DNA from: an uncultured Azospirillum sp.
GTDB lineage: Bacteria > Pseudomonadota > Alphaproteobacteria > Rickettsiales > UBA3002
NCBI GenBank assembly: GCA_964530085.1
Contig: CAZGXX010000002.1
Span: 212,725-276,724, forward strand
Direction: 5' to 3'
Length of the DNA: 64,000 nucleotides
Shown here: in pieces, positions 1-9,430 of the stretch
Position numbering within the stretch: the stretch's first letter is position 1
How the letters are laid out: each line of letters opens with the position of its first letter
The notes under the pieces: generated by a model
Database searches by the model: none
What the model was told of the DNA's origin: nothing
What the model saw: only the letters and a program-made list of their open reading frames with translations
Translations under genes and position numbers: made by a program

Positions 1-83
1 GTATGGTTGCGGCCTTGGATGCGGTTGACATACCGTCTCTCTTCGATATTTTGAACGCGTGAAATTAGTGCAAGGATAGACCA

Positions 84-2453
84 ATGGCCAGTGAAAATAT
101 GAAGATTACCGACGAAGAAGCCCTGCTGTACCACAGCCAAGGCCAACCGGGGAAAATCTCCATCCTGCCGACTAAGCCGCTCATCACCCAGCGCGACCTT
201 GCCCTTGGCTACTCGCCGGGCGTGGCCGTTCCTTGCATCAAAATCAACGAAGATAAAAACGCCGCTTACGATTACACCAGCAAGGGCAACCTCGTTGCGG
301 TGATCTCAAACGGCACCGCGGTGCTCGGTCTCGGCAATCTCGGCGCACTCGCCAGCAAACCGGTGATGGAGGGCAAAGCCATCCTCTTCAAACGCTTCGC
401 AGATATCGACTCGATCGACATCGAGGTGGACTCGGTGGATGCGGAGAAAATCATTGAAACCGTGCGCGCGATCTCTGTTACCTTCGGCGGCATCAACCTC
501 GAGGATATCGGCGCGCCGGACTGCTTCATCATCGAGCAAAAACTCAAGGAAATCTGCGATATTCCCGTCTTCCACGACGACCAGCACGGTACCGCGATTG
601 TGACCGCAGCGGGCATCATTAACGCTGCCCACATCACTGGCCGCAGCCTGTCCGACCTCAAAATCGTGGCTAACGGCGCGGGTTCGGCGGGTATTGCCTG
701 CATCGAGCTGCTGAAGCATATGGGCGTGAAACATGAGAACGTGCTGCTCTGCGACCGCTCCGGCGTCATTTATGAAGGCCGCAATGATTCGAGCATGAAC
801 CAGTGGAAATCCGCCCACGCGGTTAAAACCAAGAAGCGCACGCTGACCGAGGCGCTGGATGGTGCGGATGTATTCCTCGGCCTCTCCTCTGCTGGCGCGG
901 TGACGAAGGATATGGTCAAATCCATGGCCAAAAACCCGATTATTTTTGCGATGGCGAACCCAGTGCCAGAAATCATGCCGGAAGAAGTGCTTGAAGTGCG
1001 CAAGGATGCCATTATCGCGACCGGCCGCTCGGACTACCATAATCAGGTGAACAACGTGATGGGCTTCCCGTATATCTTCCGTGGCGCGCTGGATGTGCGT
1101 GCGCGCGAGATCAACGTGGAGATGAAAGTTGCTGCCGCCGAAGCGCTGGCCGAACTCGCCCGCGAGGACGTGCCGGATGAAGTGCTCGCCGCTTACGGCC
1201 ACGAACTCCATTACGGGCCGGAATATATCATCCCCACCCCGTTTGACCCACGCCTCATCACCACCATCCCGATTGCGGTGGCACAAGCGGCGATGGATTC
1301 CGGTGTGGCCCGCCGCCCCATCAAGGATTTCGACGCTTACCGCCGCGAACTTGGCGCACGGCTCGACCCTGCCGCGAACAGCATGACCAACATTTTCGAG
1401 GTGGTACGTCAGAACCCGCAACGCGTGATTTTTGCCGAGGGCGAGGAAGAAAAAGTCATCCGCGCCGCCATCCATTGGCGCGACAATGGCTACGGCCACC
1501 CCGTACTTGTCGGCCGTCCGGATCGTATCCGCCAGACCATTCAGAAGCTCGGCATCAAGCATGCGGATGATCTCGAAATCACCAATGCCGCCGTGTCAAC
1601 GCATCTTAGCCGTTATATCGACTATCTCTACGGCAAGCTCCAGCGCAAAGGCTTCCTCAAGCGCGATGTAGAGCGCATGGTGAAGAACGACCGCAATATT
1701 TTCGCGAGCTGCATGATTGCCTGCGGCCATGGCGATGTGGTCATCACCGGCCTCACCCGCAACTACTACCGCGCGCTGGAGAATATCTGCCGCGTAATCG
1801 ACACCAAGCCCGGCGAATCGCTGTTTGGCGTGTCGATGCTGGTGTCAAAAAACCGCACCGTCTTCATTTCAGACACCGCCGTGCAGGAACTGCCCAGCGA
1901 GCAGGAACTGGCGGATATTGCTGTGCGCACCGCGCGTAAAGTGCAGCAGATCGGGCACGAGCCACGCGTAGCGCTGCTTTCTTACTCCAATTTCGGCAAC
2001 CCGATGAAGGAGAAAAGTAAGCGTATCCGCGACGCGGTAGCCATCCTCGACAGCCGCAATGACATCAACTTCGAATACGAAGGCGAAATCTCGGCGGATG
2101 TGGCGCTGAACCCGGAATTGATGGCGCTTTACCCATTCTGCCGCCTTTCGGGCCCGGCGAACGTGCTGATCATGCCGGCGCTGCACTCGGCGCATATTTC
2201 GGCAAATCTGCTCGAAGAACTGGGCGTTGGTACTGTCATCGGCCCCATCCTCGTCGGCCTCTCGAAGCCGGTGCAGATCGTCAGCATGAATGCGAGCGTG
2301 GCGGATATCATTAATCTTGCCGCCATCGGCAGCATCGACGCGATCGAGGAAAAGTCCCTCGCCGCGCCCGCTAAGCCGAAGAAGGAAAAGGTCAAACGCG
2401 CCGCTGCTGCCAGCAGCACCCCCGTGGTAAAGGCAAAAAAAGTCGTAAAATAA
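84..2453 (+). CDS. maeB: NADP-dependent malic enzyme (malic enzyme domains fused to a phosphate-acetyltransferase-like C-terminal domain)
   Basis: 789-aa ORF. N-terminal malic-enzyme region (LALGYSPGVA, GAGSAGIA dinucleotide fold) plus PTA-like C-terminal half, as in MaeB. Carries an extra ~35-aa Lys/Ala/Pro-rich C-terminal tail. Confidence 0.9.
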   Translation: MASENMKITDEEALLYHSQGQPGKISILPTKPLITQRDLALGYSPGVAVPCIKINEDKNAAYDYTSKGNLVAVISNGTAVLGLGNLGALASKPVMEGKAILFKRFADIDSIDIEVDSVDAEKIIETVRAISVTFGGINLEDIGAPDCFIIEQKLKEICDIPVFHDDQHGTAIVTAAGIINAAHITGRSLSDLKIVANGAGSAGIACIELLKHMGVKHENVLLCDRSGVIYEGRNDSSMNQWKSAHAVKTKKRTLTEALDGADVFLGLSSAGAVTKDMVKSMAKNPIIFAMANPVPEIMPEEVLEVRKDAIIATGRSDYHNQVNNVMGFPYIFRGALDVRAREINVEMKVAAAEALAELAREDVPDEVLAAYGHELHYGPEYIIPTPFDPRLITTIPIAVAQAAMDSGVARRPIKDFDAYRRELGARLDPAANSMTNIFEVVRQNPQRVIFAEGEEEKVIRAAIHWRDNGYGHPVLVGRPDRIRQTIQKLGIKHADDLEITNAAVSTHLSRYIDYLYGKLQRKGFLKRDVERMVKNDRNIFASCMIACGHGDVVITGLTRNYYRALENICRVIDTKPGESLFGVSMLVSKNRTVFISDTAVQELPSEQELADIAVRTARKVQQIGHEPRVALLSYSNFGNPMKEKSKRIRDAVAILDSRNDINFEYEGEISADVALNPELMALYPFCRLSGPANVLIMPALHSAHISANLLEELGVGTVIGPILVGLSKPVQIVSMNASVADIINLAAIGSIDAIEEKSLAAPAKPKKEKVKRAAAASSTPVVKAKKVVK

Positions 2454-2469
2454 GGGTCTCGCCCTGCAA

Positions 2470-2515
2470 TTGTAACAAAATCTTCACGCAACTCGCGTGC
2501 GGAGTAGGGTATTCT
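2470..2515 (+). promoter_or_regulatory. Pho-box-like direct repeat promoter (class II, 22-nt gap)
   Basis: TTGTAAC-AAAA-TCTTCAC (2470-2487), then 22 nt, then TATTCT (2510-2515), 27 nt upstream of the 2543 ATG. A degenerate member of the motif family listed in the findings. Confidence 0.4.
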
Positions 2516-2542
2516 GGCTATATAACACTAGCCGAGAGACCG

Positions 2543-2941
2543 ATGACCGACCGTTACCATAAGCCTTATATGAAGCTTGTTGTGGATTTTACTGCGAATT
2601 ATCCAGCACTTCCATCCTATCTCTTTCTAGATAAAGCGCTTGGCCTTGGCATCAAGCATCTCATTCAAGCAATGGATGAGGGAAAATCAACCTCAGAGCC
2701 TTGGCACGAAGTTAATAATCGCCTCATCAAACTTCTGCCACAAACCAACGGTGATGAAGCAAAGACGCATACACGCCAAATCGAAGACTATATCAAAACG
2801 AATATTGATGAGCTTCATGGCCTAAAGAGTGAAGAAAAGCCACTCAAGAAAGTGGATATCAAGCAAAACTTGGACGGTTTGCTTGCCCGACTGGGGCTGG
2901 AGCAAAATGGTGGAAGTGGCTACGGCTTCCGAGACAATTAA
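2543..2941 (+). CDS. hypothetical protein (132 aa), orphan
   Basis: Clean ORF, AT-richer than neighbours, no recognisable domain, preceded by a motif-family promoter. Confidence 0.6.
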   Translation: MTDRYHKPYMKLVVDFTANYPALPSYLFLDKALGLGIKHLIQAMDEGKSTSEPWHEVNNRLIKLLPQTNGDEAKTHTRQIEDYIKTNIDELHGLKSEEKPLKKVDIKQNLDGLLARLGLEQNGGSGYGFRDN

Positions 2942-2947
2942 CCGAAG

Positions 2948-3625
2948 CTAACCAAGCTTCTCCTCATACCATGTCTCGCCAATAACGATTTTTTCGCGGC
3001 CATTTTTCTCGCGCCATTCGTTGCTATCGCGGAGACTATAAATACAGCCGCAATATTGCTGGGCGTAGAATTCCTCGCGCTTGGCGATTTCGTACATGCG
3101 CGCCCCGCCGCCACCCTTGCGCCAGTTATAATCCCAATAGGTGATCCCCTCATAGGGCGCTGCGGCACGCACACCACAGTCATTAATTTGCTCCATATTC
3201 TTCCAGCGGCTGATGCCAAGTGAGCTGGTGATGACCGGGAAGCCGTTTTCATGCGCATAAAGCGCGGTGCGCATGAAGCGCATGTCAAAACACATCGTGC
3301 AGCGTACGCCACGCTCCGGCTCGTTCTCCATACCCTTGGCACGAGCGAACCAGTCCTGCACGTCGTAATCCGCGTCGATGAAGGGGATGCCCATTTTCTC
3401 CGCAAAGCGGATATTCTCGTTCTTACGGATTTCATATTCCCGCAGCGGATGAATATTCGGGTTGTAGAAGAAAATCGTGAGGTCGATACCGTTGGCGAGC
3501 ATCTGCTCCATCAGCTCCCCCGCGCAAGGCGCGCAGCAGGAATGCATCAGCACGCGCGGCGTGTCGCCGGGGACGGTGAGGTCCACATGCTTGATAATCT
3601 CCGCTGCTTGTTCCTGCTGTTGCAT
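2948..3625 (-). CDS. queH: epoxyqueuosine reductase QueH (DUF208 family)
   Basis: 225 aa. [12 protein letters not shown] Cys cluster near the N-terminus and further conserved Cys ([14 protein letters not shown]), typical of QueH. Confidence 0.8.
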   Translation of the reverse strand: MQQQEQAAEIIKHVDLTVPGDTPRVLMHSCCAPCAGELMEQMLANGIDLTIFFYNPNIHPLREYEIRKNENIRFAEKMGIPFIDADYDVQDWFARAKGMENEPERGVRCTMCFDMRFMRTALYAHENGFPVITSSLGISRWKNMEQINDCGVRAAAPYEGITYWDYNWRKGGGGARMYEIAKREEFYAQQYCGCIYSLRDSNEWREKNGREKIVIGETWYEEKLG

Positions 3626-3664
3626 GACGGCGGAATTAGCACGAGGCAGGATAAAAGGGAAGCG

Positions 3665-5137
3665 CTAGTGAACTTTAATGGCGGAAACAGCTGCCTGAGG
3701 CTTCGCTGACGGAGTAGCATCCGGCACGAGTGGCAAATGCTTATCACTACTAGCAGGCGCACTAGCTACGACCTGCGCCGCTTTCATTGCAGTCACAAGT
3801 TCTTCCATTCCAATGTGACCATTATGATCTGCATCGTAGTCCAATAATTTTATGTGGTTTCTGGCCATCTTGCTAATGACAGAGACCAAGTCCTTATCCA
3901 TATTGCCAGTAAGCTCGTAAGAAACGAGTTCTTTCGTATCTTTAGAGATATTTATTAGCGTCAAACCCGTGATGATATCGGAGCTGAATTTTTCCAACTC
4001 AGCAGCCTCTTTATATTTATGCTTCAGGTTTTCTAATATTGTTTTCTCATAGCACTGCGTGGCAATACAAATATGCTGTTCGTCCGCGCTCATGATGCTC
4101 CGCGACATATACGCAATAATCTCACGCTGACGCTCTAAACTAAAAGATTTCCAAGCTCTTTCTCCATTAAAAAGCATCTCGGATTCTTTTAAGATCTCGT
4201 GATATAAAGCAATATTGCCAGTTTCATTGATGCGCATAATAATCGGGTCGATATCTGTTCTTGAATCCATAGCAGCGAATTGCTTCACCATGTCTGGACT
4301 AACATAAGAAAAAAGTCTCTCCGCCGCCTTACGCAAATCCTTATTTTGCGCATATCCCTCATGATCACTGACTTTGATATGCTCCCAAATACGGAATACG
4401 TCTTTATACTCGACAGAACCATTATTAATGCCGTCTAAAAGCGCATGAGTTTTCATAGACGGTATCTTCAATACACAAATTTCTTGAAGAACTTTTCCGA
4501 AATCATCTTTTGAGTGCTGCTGTAGAAGTTTCTGCGCAAGAATGAGGTCTTTTTCCACTTCCTCGTTAACCTGCAAGCGAATAGCCGGCTTTGTTTCATT
4601 AATTATCTTAAGTGAATCCTGCATTATTTTTACTTGGAATGAATCTTTAATTCCCGCTTTATGAATTTTTCGAAGGGATTCAGGAATCGTATCCTCAACA
4701 AACGTTCCCACATACGCATCAAAATTCGCTGCTGTAATCCTCTGGCTCCGTATCTTAATCCGTTCCTTCGCCGCATCGCTCAGCTTGAGATACTTGGTCT
4801 GTGCCACATATTCATCCAAAGCCACAATGGTGCTGATATTTTCTTCTGCTTCTTCGATCTGCTTATCGTTGATATCGCGTTTGATAGCCGTCATGATGCG
4901 TGCCACAAGCTGATCCTCAGGCAACAGGGCTAACGAATAATCTTTGAGATCGCTTCCAATTTGATCCAGCAAATCGGATTTGCACGACTGAGAAATTTTG
5001 CTGCTTTCAACTAAGTTCCGCAGATACGCCAAGATTTTTCCGACTTCCGAGCGGCGCTGGTTGGCCTTCTCCAACGCCCCCATCTCCCGTACTGGGGAAG
5101 CGAGGCTAATCTCTGCACTGTTCATCGGTTCGGTCAT
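3665..5137 (-). CDS. hypothetical protein (490 aa) with one canonical C-terminal EF-hand calcium-binding loop
   Basis: AT-richer ORF. The loop DADHNGHIGMEE fits D-x-D-x-N-G-x-I-x-x-x-E and has flanking helices. No signal peptide. Has its own motif-family promoter. Confidence 0.7.
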   Translation of the reverse strand: MTEPMNSAEISLASPVREMGALEKANQRRSEVGKILAYLRNLVESSKISQSCKSDLLDQIGSDLKDYSLALLPEDQLVARIMTAIKRDINDKQIEEAEENISTIVALDEYVAQTKYLKLSDAAKERIKIRSQRITAANFDAYVGTFVEDTIPESLRKIHKAGIKDSFQVKIMQDSLKIINETKPAIRLQVNEEVEKDLILAQKLLQQHSKDDFGKVLQEICVLKIPSMKTHALLDGINNGSVEYKDVFRIWEHIKVSDHEGYAQNKDLRKAAERLFSYVSPDMVKQFAAMDSRTDIDPIIMRINETGNIALYHEILKESEMLFNGERAWKSFSLERQREIIAYMSRSIMSADEQHICIATQCYEKTILENLKHKYKEAAELEKFSSDIITGLTLINISKDTKELVSYELTGNMDKDLVSVISKMARNHIKLLDYDADHNGHIGMEELVTAMKAAQVVASAPASSDKHLPLVPDATPSAKPQAAVSAIKVH

Positions 5138-5160
5138 GAATGTCGGAACTCCACACTTTC

Positions 5161-5194
5161 ACCCTACCACAGAATTGTTACAGTTTCGTTACAA
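5161..5194 (-). promoter_or_regulatory. Pho-box-like direct repeat promoter (class I, 10-nt gap)
   Basis: Gene-strand reading: TTGTAAC-GAAA-CTGTAAC-aattctgtgg-TAGGGT. It ends 23 nt upstream of the 5137 start. Confidence 0.55.
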
Positions 5195-5251
5195 TGCGGG
5201 CGACGAAATGCTGTTTTTTGCTACAATTTTAGCTAATTTACAGCGATTTAG

Positions 5252-6445
5252 TTAAGATCTGGTTAAGAATGGCAGATAAGGAATCGTATCCGGATGCTGG
5301 CTGACCAGAACCAGCGACGATGAATGTGTTGGCATCTGCTCCACATGCTCTGCACGCAATTTTGGCAAGTTCAGTCCCGCAAGCTGATCCAAGAGCGAAG
5401 TATTCAACATCAACGGCGCAGAACGCGGCGCGATAGCCACCTGCACCGTTACAATTCCGCTCTCAATCGCGGGGCTCTCATCGTGCCCAGGGTGATCCGG
5501 CAGAATACCCAACAACGCGTTTTTTATATTCCCAAGTTTATGTATCACGCGCGAAGCGGTTTCTAGCGGATGAGCCATTGCGTGCAGCATTTTTCCACCC
5601 ATTTTGACCATCGCCATGACCGGCGCGGCATGCGTAACAACATGTGCGGCATGTTTTACCGCATCCACCCCATGATGAAATGCATCGCTGACGCCTTCAC
5701 CAATATCTTCTGCCGTTTCACAGACACCATGCCAGATCCCTTTGGCAACTTTTTTGACTTTGCGAACAACACTCGCGGCCTTTTCTGTCATCTTCGCCCG
5801 CTTCGCGTGATGCTCGTTTTCCTCGTGCTCCAACGCAGCTTCCCGCTCACGACGTTCATGCTCCAAACGTGCCTGAATATCGGGGTCATCAATTTTCTCA
5901 GCGGAGGTCTTTTTGGTCGGCTTTGGTTTGGCGGGTGGCTTTGGTGTGAGCTTCTTTTCTGACTTATGCTCTTGCGTTTCTATCGAACGCCGTAAATTCT
6001 CTTTATGATCGACCACCGCATGATGCGTCGTTTCCGCATGCTCAATTTCCTGATCGCATTCGCCGATCATCTTCATAGAGCTTGCTTTCAGCCCGTTGAT
6101 TGTGCGGCGGGAGAGTTTCTTGTGCGGATCGTTTTTAATTTCCGTAATGATGCTGCCGATTTCAGAGGCAGCGGTCAGCGCATTGCTCGACTGCGCGCGC
6201 AGCTGCGCCGCCGCCTCTTTGGCCGTGCTGTCGCCATCATTTTCAAGTTTCTGGGCTTCTGTATCAAGATGTTCTGCCTGCTTACGCAGCGTTGCTTCGT
6301 CATTAATGAGATCGCTGATGATGTTTAGCCCCTCTTCGGTAGGCTCCTTAGAGCTGACAACATCCTCTCCTCCATCCTCTTCGGAGGCGGCCCTGTTCAC
6401 AAGGCGCTCTGTGTGGCGATTCGCCGTATTTTGAGTGGTTTGCAT
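5252..6445 (-). CDS. hypothetical protein (397 aa), acidic coiled-coil N-terminal half and His-rich C-terminal half
   Basis: ORF with a charged, Lys/Glu-rich central region and a His-rich segment (HHGVDAVKHAAHVVTHAAP...). No signal peptide. Has its own motif-family promoter. Confidence 0.65.
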   Translation of the reverse strand: MQTTQNTANRHTERLVNRAASEEDGGEDVVSSKEPTEEGLNIISDLINDEATLRKQAEHLDTEAQKLENDGDSTAKEAAAQLRAQSSNALTAASEIGSIITEIKNDPHKKLSRRTINGLKASSMKMIGECDQEIEHAETTHHAVVDHKENLRRSIETQEHKSEKKLTPKPPAKPKPTKKTSAEKIDDPDIQARLEHERREREAALEHEENEHHAKRAKMTEKAASVVRKVKKVAKGIWHGVCETAEDIGEGVSDAFHHGVDAVKHAAHVVTHAAPVMAMVKMGGKMLHAMAHPLETASRVIHKLGNIKNALLGILPDHPGHDESPAIESGIVTVQVAIAPRSAPLMLNTSLLDQLAGLNLPKLRAEHVEQMPTHSSSLVLVSQHPDTIPYLPFLTRS

Positions 6446-6471
6446 AAATTTTCTAAAATTTTATTAAATTC

Positions 6472-6505
6472 ACTATAGCACAGAAATATGACGGTTTCAT
6501 GACAA
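6472..6505 (-). promoter_or_regulatory. Pho-box-like direct repeat promoter (class I, 10-nt gap)
   Basis: Gene-strand reading: TTGTCAT-GAAA-CCGTCAT-atttctgtgc-TATAGT. The -10 ends 26 nt upstream of the 6445 start. Confidence 0.6.
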
Positions 6506-6528
6506 ATCATGGGTGAACGCAAAATAAA

Positions 6529-7146
6529 TTAATATGACACCGGTACAGGGTCGAGCGCGCGCCAGAGATACCAGGTCGCCACCGTGCGATAGGGCTGCCA
6601 GCGAGCACTGAGCGCTTGGTATTCCTTGAGGGTGAGCCGCTTGCCGCCTGTGTAATGCAGGTCAATGGCCTTGAGCAGGCCGAGGTCTTTCAGCGGCAGC
6701 ACATCCGGCCGCAGCAGGTGGAAGATGAGGAACATCTCCGCCGTCCAGCTGCCGATGCCTTTGATGCTGGTCAGCTCACGGATGACTTCGTCATCACTGA
6801 GTGCATCCCAATAGCGCGGGGTAATCGACCGCTCCCTAAAAAACATGGCGACATTGCGCGCATAGGCAACTTTGGAGGCGGAAAGGCCGCACGCACGTAG
6901 CGTCGCCTCGCGCTTGCGTAGCAGGTTCTCCGGCGTCATCGGGTTCACCGCTTTGGCGAGCTTCGCCCATACCGCATCCGCCGCTTTCACGGAAATCTGC
7001 TGCCCCACAATCGCGCGGATGAGGGTGTAAAACCCCTCGCCCCGCGCCGCCAGCCCCTCGCCTTCATAGCGCGCGATGAGCTCTGCCATCGTCGGGCATT
7101 GCTTGCATAAATGTGTCTGTGCTTTTTTCCAGTAGTGGGGTTGCAT
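6529..7146 (-). CDS. alkA: DNA-3-methyladenine glycosylase II family protein (HhH-GPD superfamily)
   Basis: 205 aa. Helix-hairpin-helix region LTSIKGIGSWTAEMFLIF followed by a catalytic-Asp context (PLKDLGLL). Confidence 0.75.
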   Translation of the reverse strand: MQPHYWKKAQTHLCKQCPTMAELIARYEGEGLAARGEGFYTLIRAIVGQQISVKAADAVWAKLAKAVNPMTPENLLRKREATLRACGLSASKVAYARNVAMFFRERSITPRYWDALSDDEVIRELTSIKGIGSWTAEMFLIFHLLRPDVLPLKDLGLLKAIDLHYTGGKRLTLKEYQALSARWQPYRTVATWYLWRALDPVPVSY

Positions 7147-7166
7147 CGGATTTCCGAAAAAGAATT

Positions 7167-7194
7167 GTCATGCCATTAGAAGCTGGTATCCAGC
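7167..7194. repeat. degenerate copy of the GTCAT...ATCCAG palindromic intergenic repeat family
   Basis: tgtcatgccattagaagctggtatccag, compared with 43759-43786 tgtcatgccagcgcaggctggcatccag. Confidence 0.3.
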
Positions 7195-7237
7195 ATAGTG
7201 TAGAATAATTTGGATGCCATCCTTTAAGGAGATGACC

Positions 7238-8650
7238 ATGACCGCAGCCGCAAAAATGAACACGACCAGCCGTATTGAGACGGATTCCTTCGGCGAGATC
7301 GAGGTGCCGAGCGACAAATACTGGGGCGCGCAAACCAGCCGCAGCCTCATGAATTTCAAAATCGGTGGCGAAACAATGCCCAAGCCACTCATCCGCGCAT
7401 TCGGCATTCTAAAGCGCGCCGCGGCCTCGGTGAATATGGAACTTGGCGCGCTCGATGCCACCCTCGGCAAAGCGATTGTAGATGCCGCGACAGAAGTGAT
7501 GGACGGCAAACATGCCGACCATTTCCCGCTCGTGGTGTGGCAGACGGGCTCCGGCACGCAGACCAACATGAATGTCAACGAAGTAATCTCAAACCGCGCG
7601 ATTGAAATGCTCGGCGGCGTGATGGGCAGCAAAAAACCTGTGCACCCGAACGACCATGTCAACATGGGGCAGTCGAGCAACGACTCCTTCCCCACCGCGA
7701 TGCATATTGCAGCGGCGGATCAGGTGGTGAACCATCTCATCCCCGCCCTCACCCATCTGCACACCGCGCTGGATGCCAAGGCGAAAGAATTTAAAGACAT
7801 CGTGAAAATCGGCCGCACGCATTTGATGGATGCGACGCCGCTGACGCTGGGGCAGGAATTCTCCGGCTATGCGGCGCAAATCGCCTATGGCATCGAGCGC
7901 GTAAAAACCACGCTGCCGCGCCTCTACCCGCTGGCGCAGGGCGGTACGGCGGTCGGCACCGGCCTCAACGCCAAGAAAGGGTTTGATACGAAGTTCGCGG
8001 CGGAAGTGGCAAAAATCACCAGCCTCCCCTTCGTCACCGCGCCGAATAAGTTCGAGGCACTCGCCAGCCACGACGCAATGGTTGAACTCTCCGGCGCGCT
8101 CAACACGCTGGCCGTTTCCCTCATGAAAATCGCGAACGATGTACGCCTGCTTGGCAGCGGGCCGCGCTGCGGCTTCGGCGAACTCTCGTTGCCTGAGAAT
8201 GAGCCAGGCTCCTCCATCATGCCGGGCAAGGTGAACCCCACCCAATCCGAGGCACTCACCATGGTCGCCGCGCAAGTGATGGGCAACCATGTCGCCGTCA
8301 CCGTCGGCGGTAGCAACGGCCATTTCGAGCTGAACGTGTTCAAGCCCGTCATCATTTACAACGTGCTGCAATCCATCCGCCTGATCGCGGATGGCGCGAT
8401 GAGCTTCACGGATAACTGCGTCGTCGGCATTGAAGCCAACCGCGAGCGCATCACCCAACTGCTCAATGAGAGCCTGATGCTGGTAACCGCGCTCAACCCG
8501 CATATCGGTTACGACAACGCCGCCAAAGTCGCCAAAAAAGCGCATAAGGAAGGCACCACGCTGAAGCAGGCCGCCCTCGCGTTGGGGCTGCTCACCTCCG
8601 AGCAGTTCGATCAATGGGTGCGCCCAGAGGACATGATTGGGCCGAAATGA
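7238..8650 (+). CDS. fumC: fumarate hydratase class II
   Basis: [11 protein letters not shown] signature and full-length similarity to FumC. The start is ambiguous (ATGs at 7214, 7232, 7238, 7256). 7238 has the best spacing to AAGGAG at 7225-7230. Confidence 0.9.
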   Translation: MTAAAKMNTTSRIETDSFGEIEVPSDKYWGAQTSRSLMNFKIGGETMPKPLIRAFGILKRAAASVNMELGALDATLGKAIVDAATEVMDGKHADHFPLVVWQTGSGTQTNMNVNEVISNRAIEMLGGVMGSKKPVHPNDHVNMGQSSNDSFPTAMHIAAADQVVNHLIPALTHLHTALDAKAKEFKDIVKIGRTHLMDATPLTLGQEFSGYAAQIAYGIERVKTTLPRLYPLAQGGTAVGTGLNAKKGFDTKFAAEVAKITSLPFVTAPNKFEALASHDAMVELSGALNTLAVSLMKIANDVRLLGSGPRCGFGELSLPENEPGSSIMPGKVNPTQSEALTMVAAQVMGNHVAVTVGGSNGHFELNVFKPVIIYNVLQSIRLIADGAMSFTDNCVVGIEANRERITQLLNESLMLVTALNPHIGYDNAAKVAKKAHKEGTTLKQAALALGLLTSEQFDQWVRPEDMIGPK

Positions 8651-8713
8651 CGGTTTTGAGTTAGGCGCTACGCGCTTTACGAAACCGTCATCCCCGCGCA
8701 GGCGGGGATCCAT
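8649..8713. repeat. palindromic intergenic repeat (GTCAT-hairpin-ATCCA family) directly 3-prime of fumC
   Basis: Outer stem cggttt/aaaccg, then gtcaTCCCCGCgcagGCGGGGAtccat (7-bp stem, 4-nt gcag loop at 8691-8708). Confidence 0.5.
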
Positions 8714-8742
8714 CCTTCAATGAATAGCCTGCGCCGCAGCCT

Positions 8743-9411
8743 CTAAAAATCTGGGTCCATGTAGTGCGCGGGCGGCTTGAAGCCCTGCACGCGATCGTCC
8801 AGCAAACCGCGGAAAGCCGGGCGACATTTGATGAGGGCGTACCATTCCTTCACGCTCGGATGCTCGTCCCACGACACATCACCAAGGTAATCGAGGCACG
8901 ACAGATGCGCCGCGGCGGAGATATCCGCCAGCGTGAGATATTCCCCCGCCAGCCAATTGCGCGAGCCCAGCAGATGCGCGATGTAATCGAGGTGATAGAC
9001 GATGTTGCGCTTGCCCGCGCGGATCGCTTCGGAAGACGGCTCGCCATAGCCGAGCAGGCGCTTAAAGACCTTTTCGAACAGCACGAGCTGCGAGACTTCA
9101 CGCTCGAATTTCACATCGAACCATTCGACGAGACGCCGCACTTCCGCACGCTCAATCGGCGTGTTGCCAAAGAACTGAATGTTGGGAAACTGCTCATCGA
9201 GAAATTCGCAAATGGCGTAGCCGCCAACGATATTCTGCCCTTTTTCAGTGACGAGCACCGGCACTTCACCCGCCGGGTTCATCACGAACAAATCCACCCG
9301 CCGCGTCCAGAAATCCTCGGTCACCAGCGTATGTTCGAGATTCTTTTCGCGCAGCATCAGCCGGATTTTTCGGCATCCGGGAATCAGCGGGGAATGATAG
9401 AGCGTCAGCAT
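8743..9411 (-). CDS. glutathione S-transferase family protein
   Basis: 222 aa. N-terminal thioredoxin-like GST fold (LYHSPLIPGCRKIRLML) and a C-terminal helical domain. Confidence 0.8.
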   Translation of the reverse strand: MLTLYHSPLIPGCRKIRLMLREKNLEHTLVTEDFWTRRVDLFVMNPAGEVPVLVTEKGQNIVGGYAICEFLDEQFPNIQFFGNTPIERAEVRRLVEWFDVKFEREVSQLVLFEKVFKRLLGYGEPSSEAIRAGKRNIVYHLDYIAHLLGSRNWLAGEYLTLADISAAAHLSCLDYLGDVSWDEHPSVKEWYALIKCRPAFRGLLDDRVQGFKPPAHYMDPDF

Positions 9412-9430
9412 GCGCTACCCATAACAAACA

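Noticed and set aside
1-61. Possible 3-prime end of an upstream plus-strand gene (frame ending ...VAALDAVDIPSLFDILNA, stop at 59-61).
   Set aside because: It is only about 20 codons, with no identifiable family, so it cannot be supported.
306-1562. 418-aa ORF antisense to maeB, together with similar long antisense ORFs at 7589-8713, 10217-11257, 30868-31911, 41568-42734, 46272-48125, 57726-58682 and 61336-61980.
   Set aside because: Each lies opposite a gene with unambiguous homology. Their translations are Arg/His/Gly/Ala-rich with no motifs, the usual open-frame artefact on the antisense strand of GC-rich genes.
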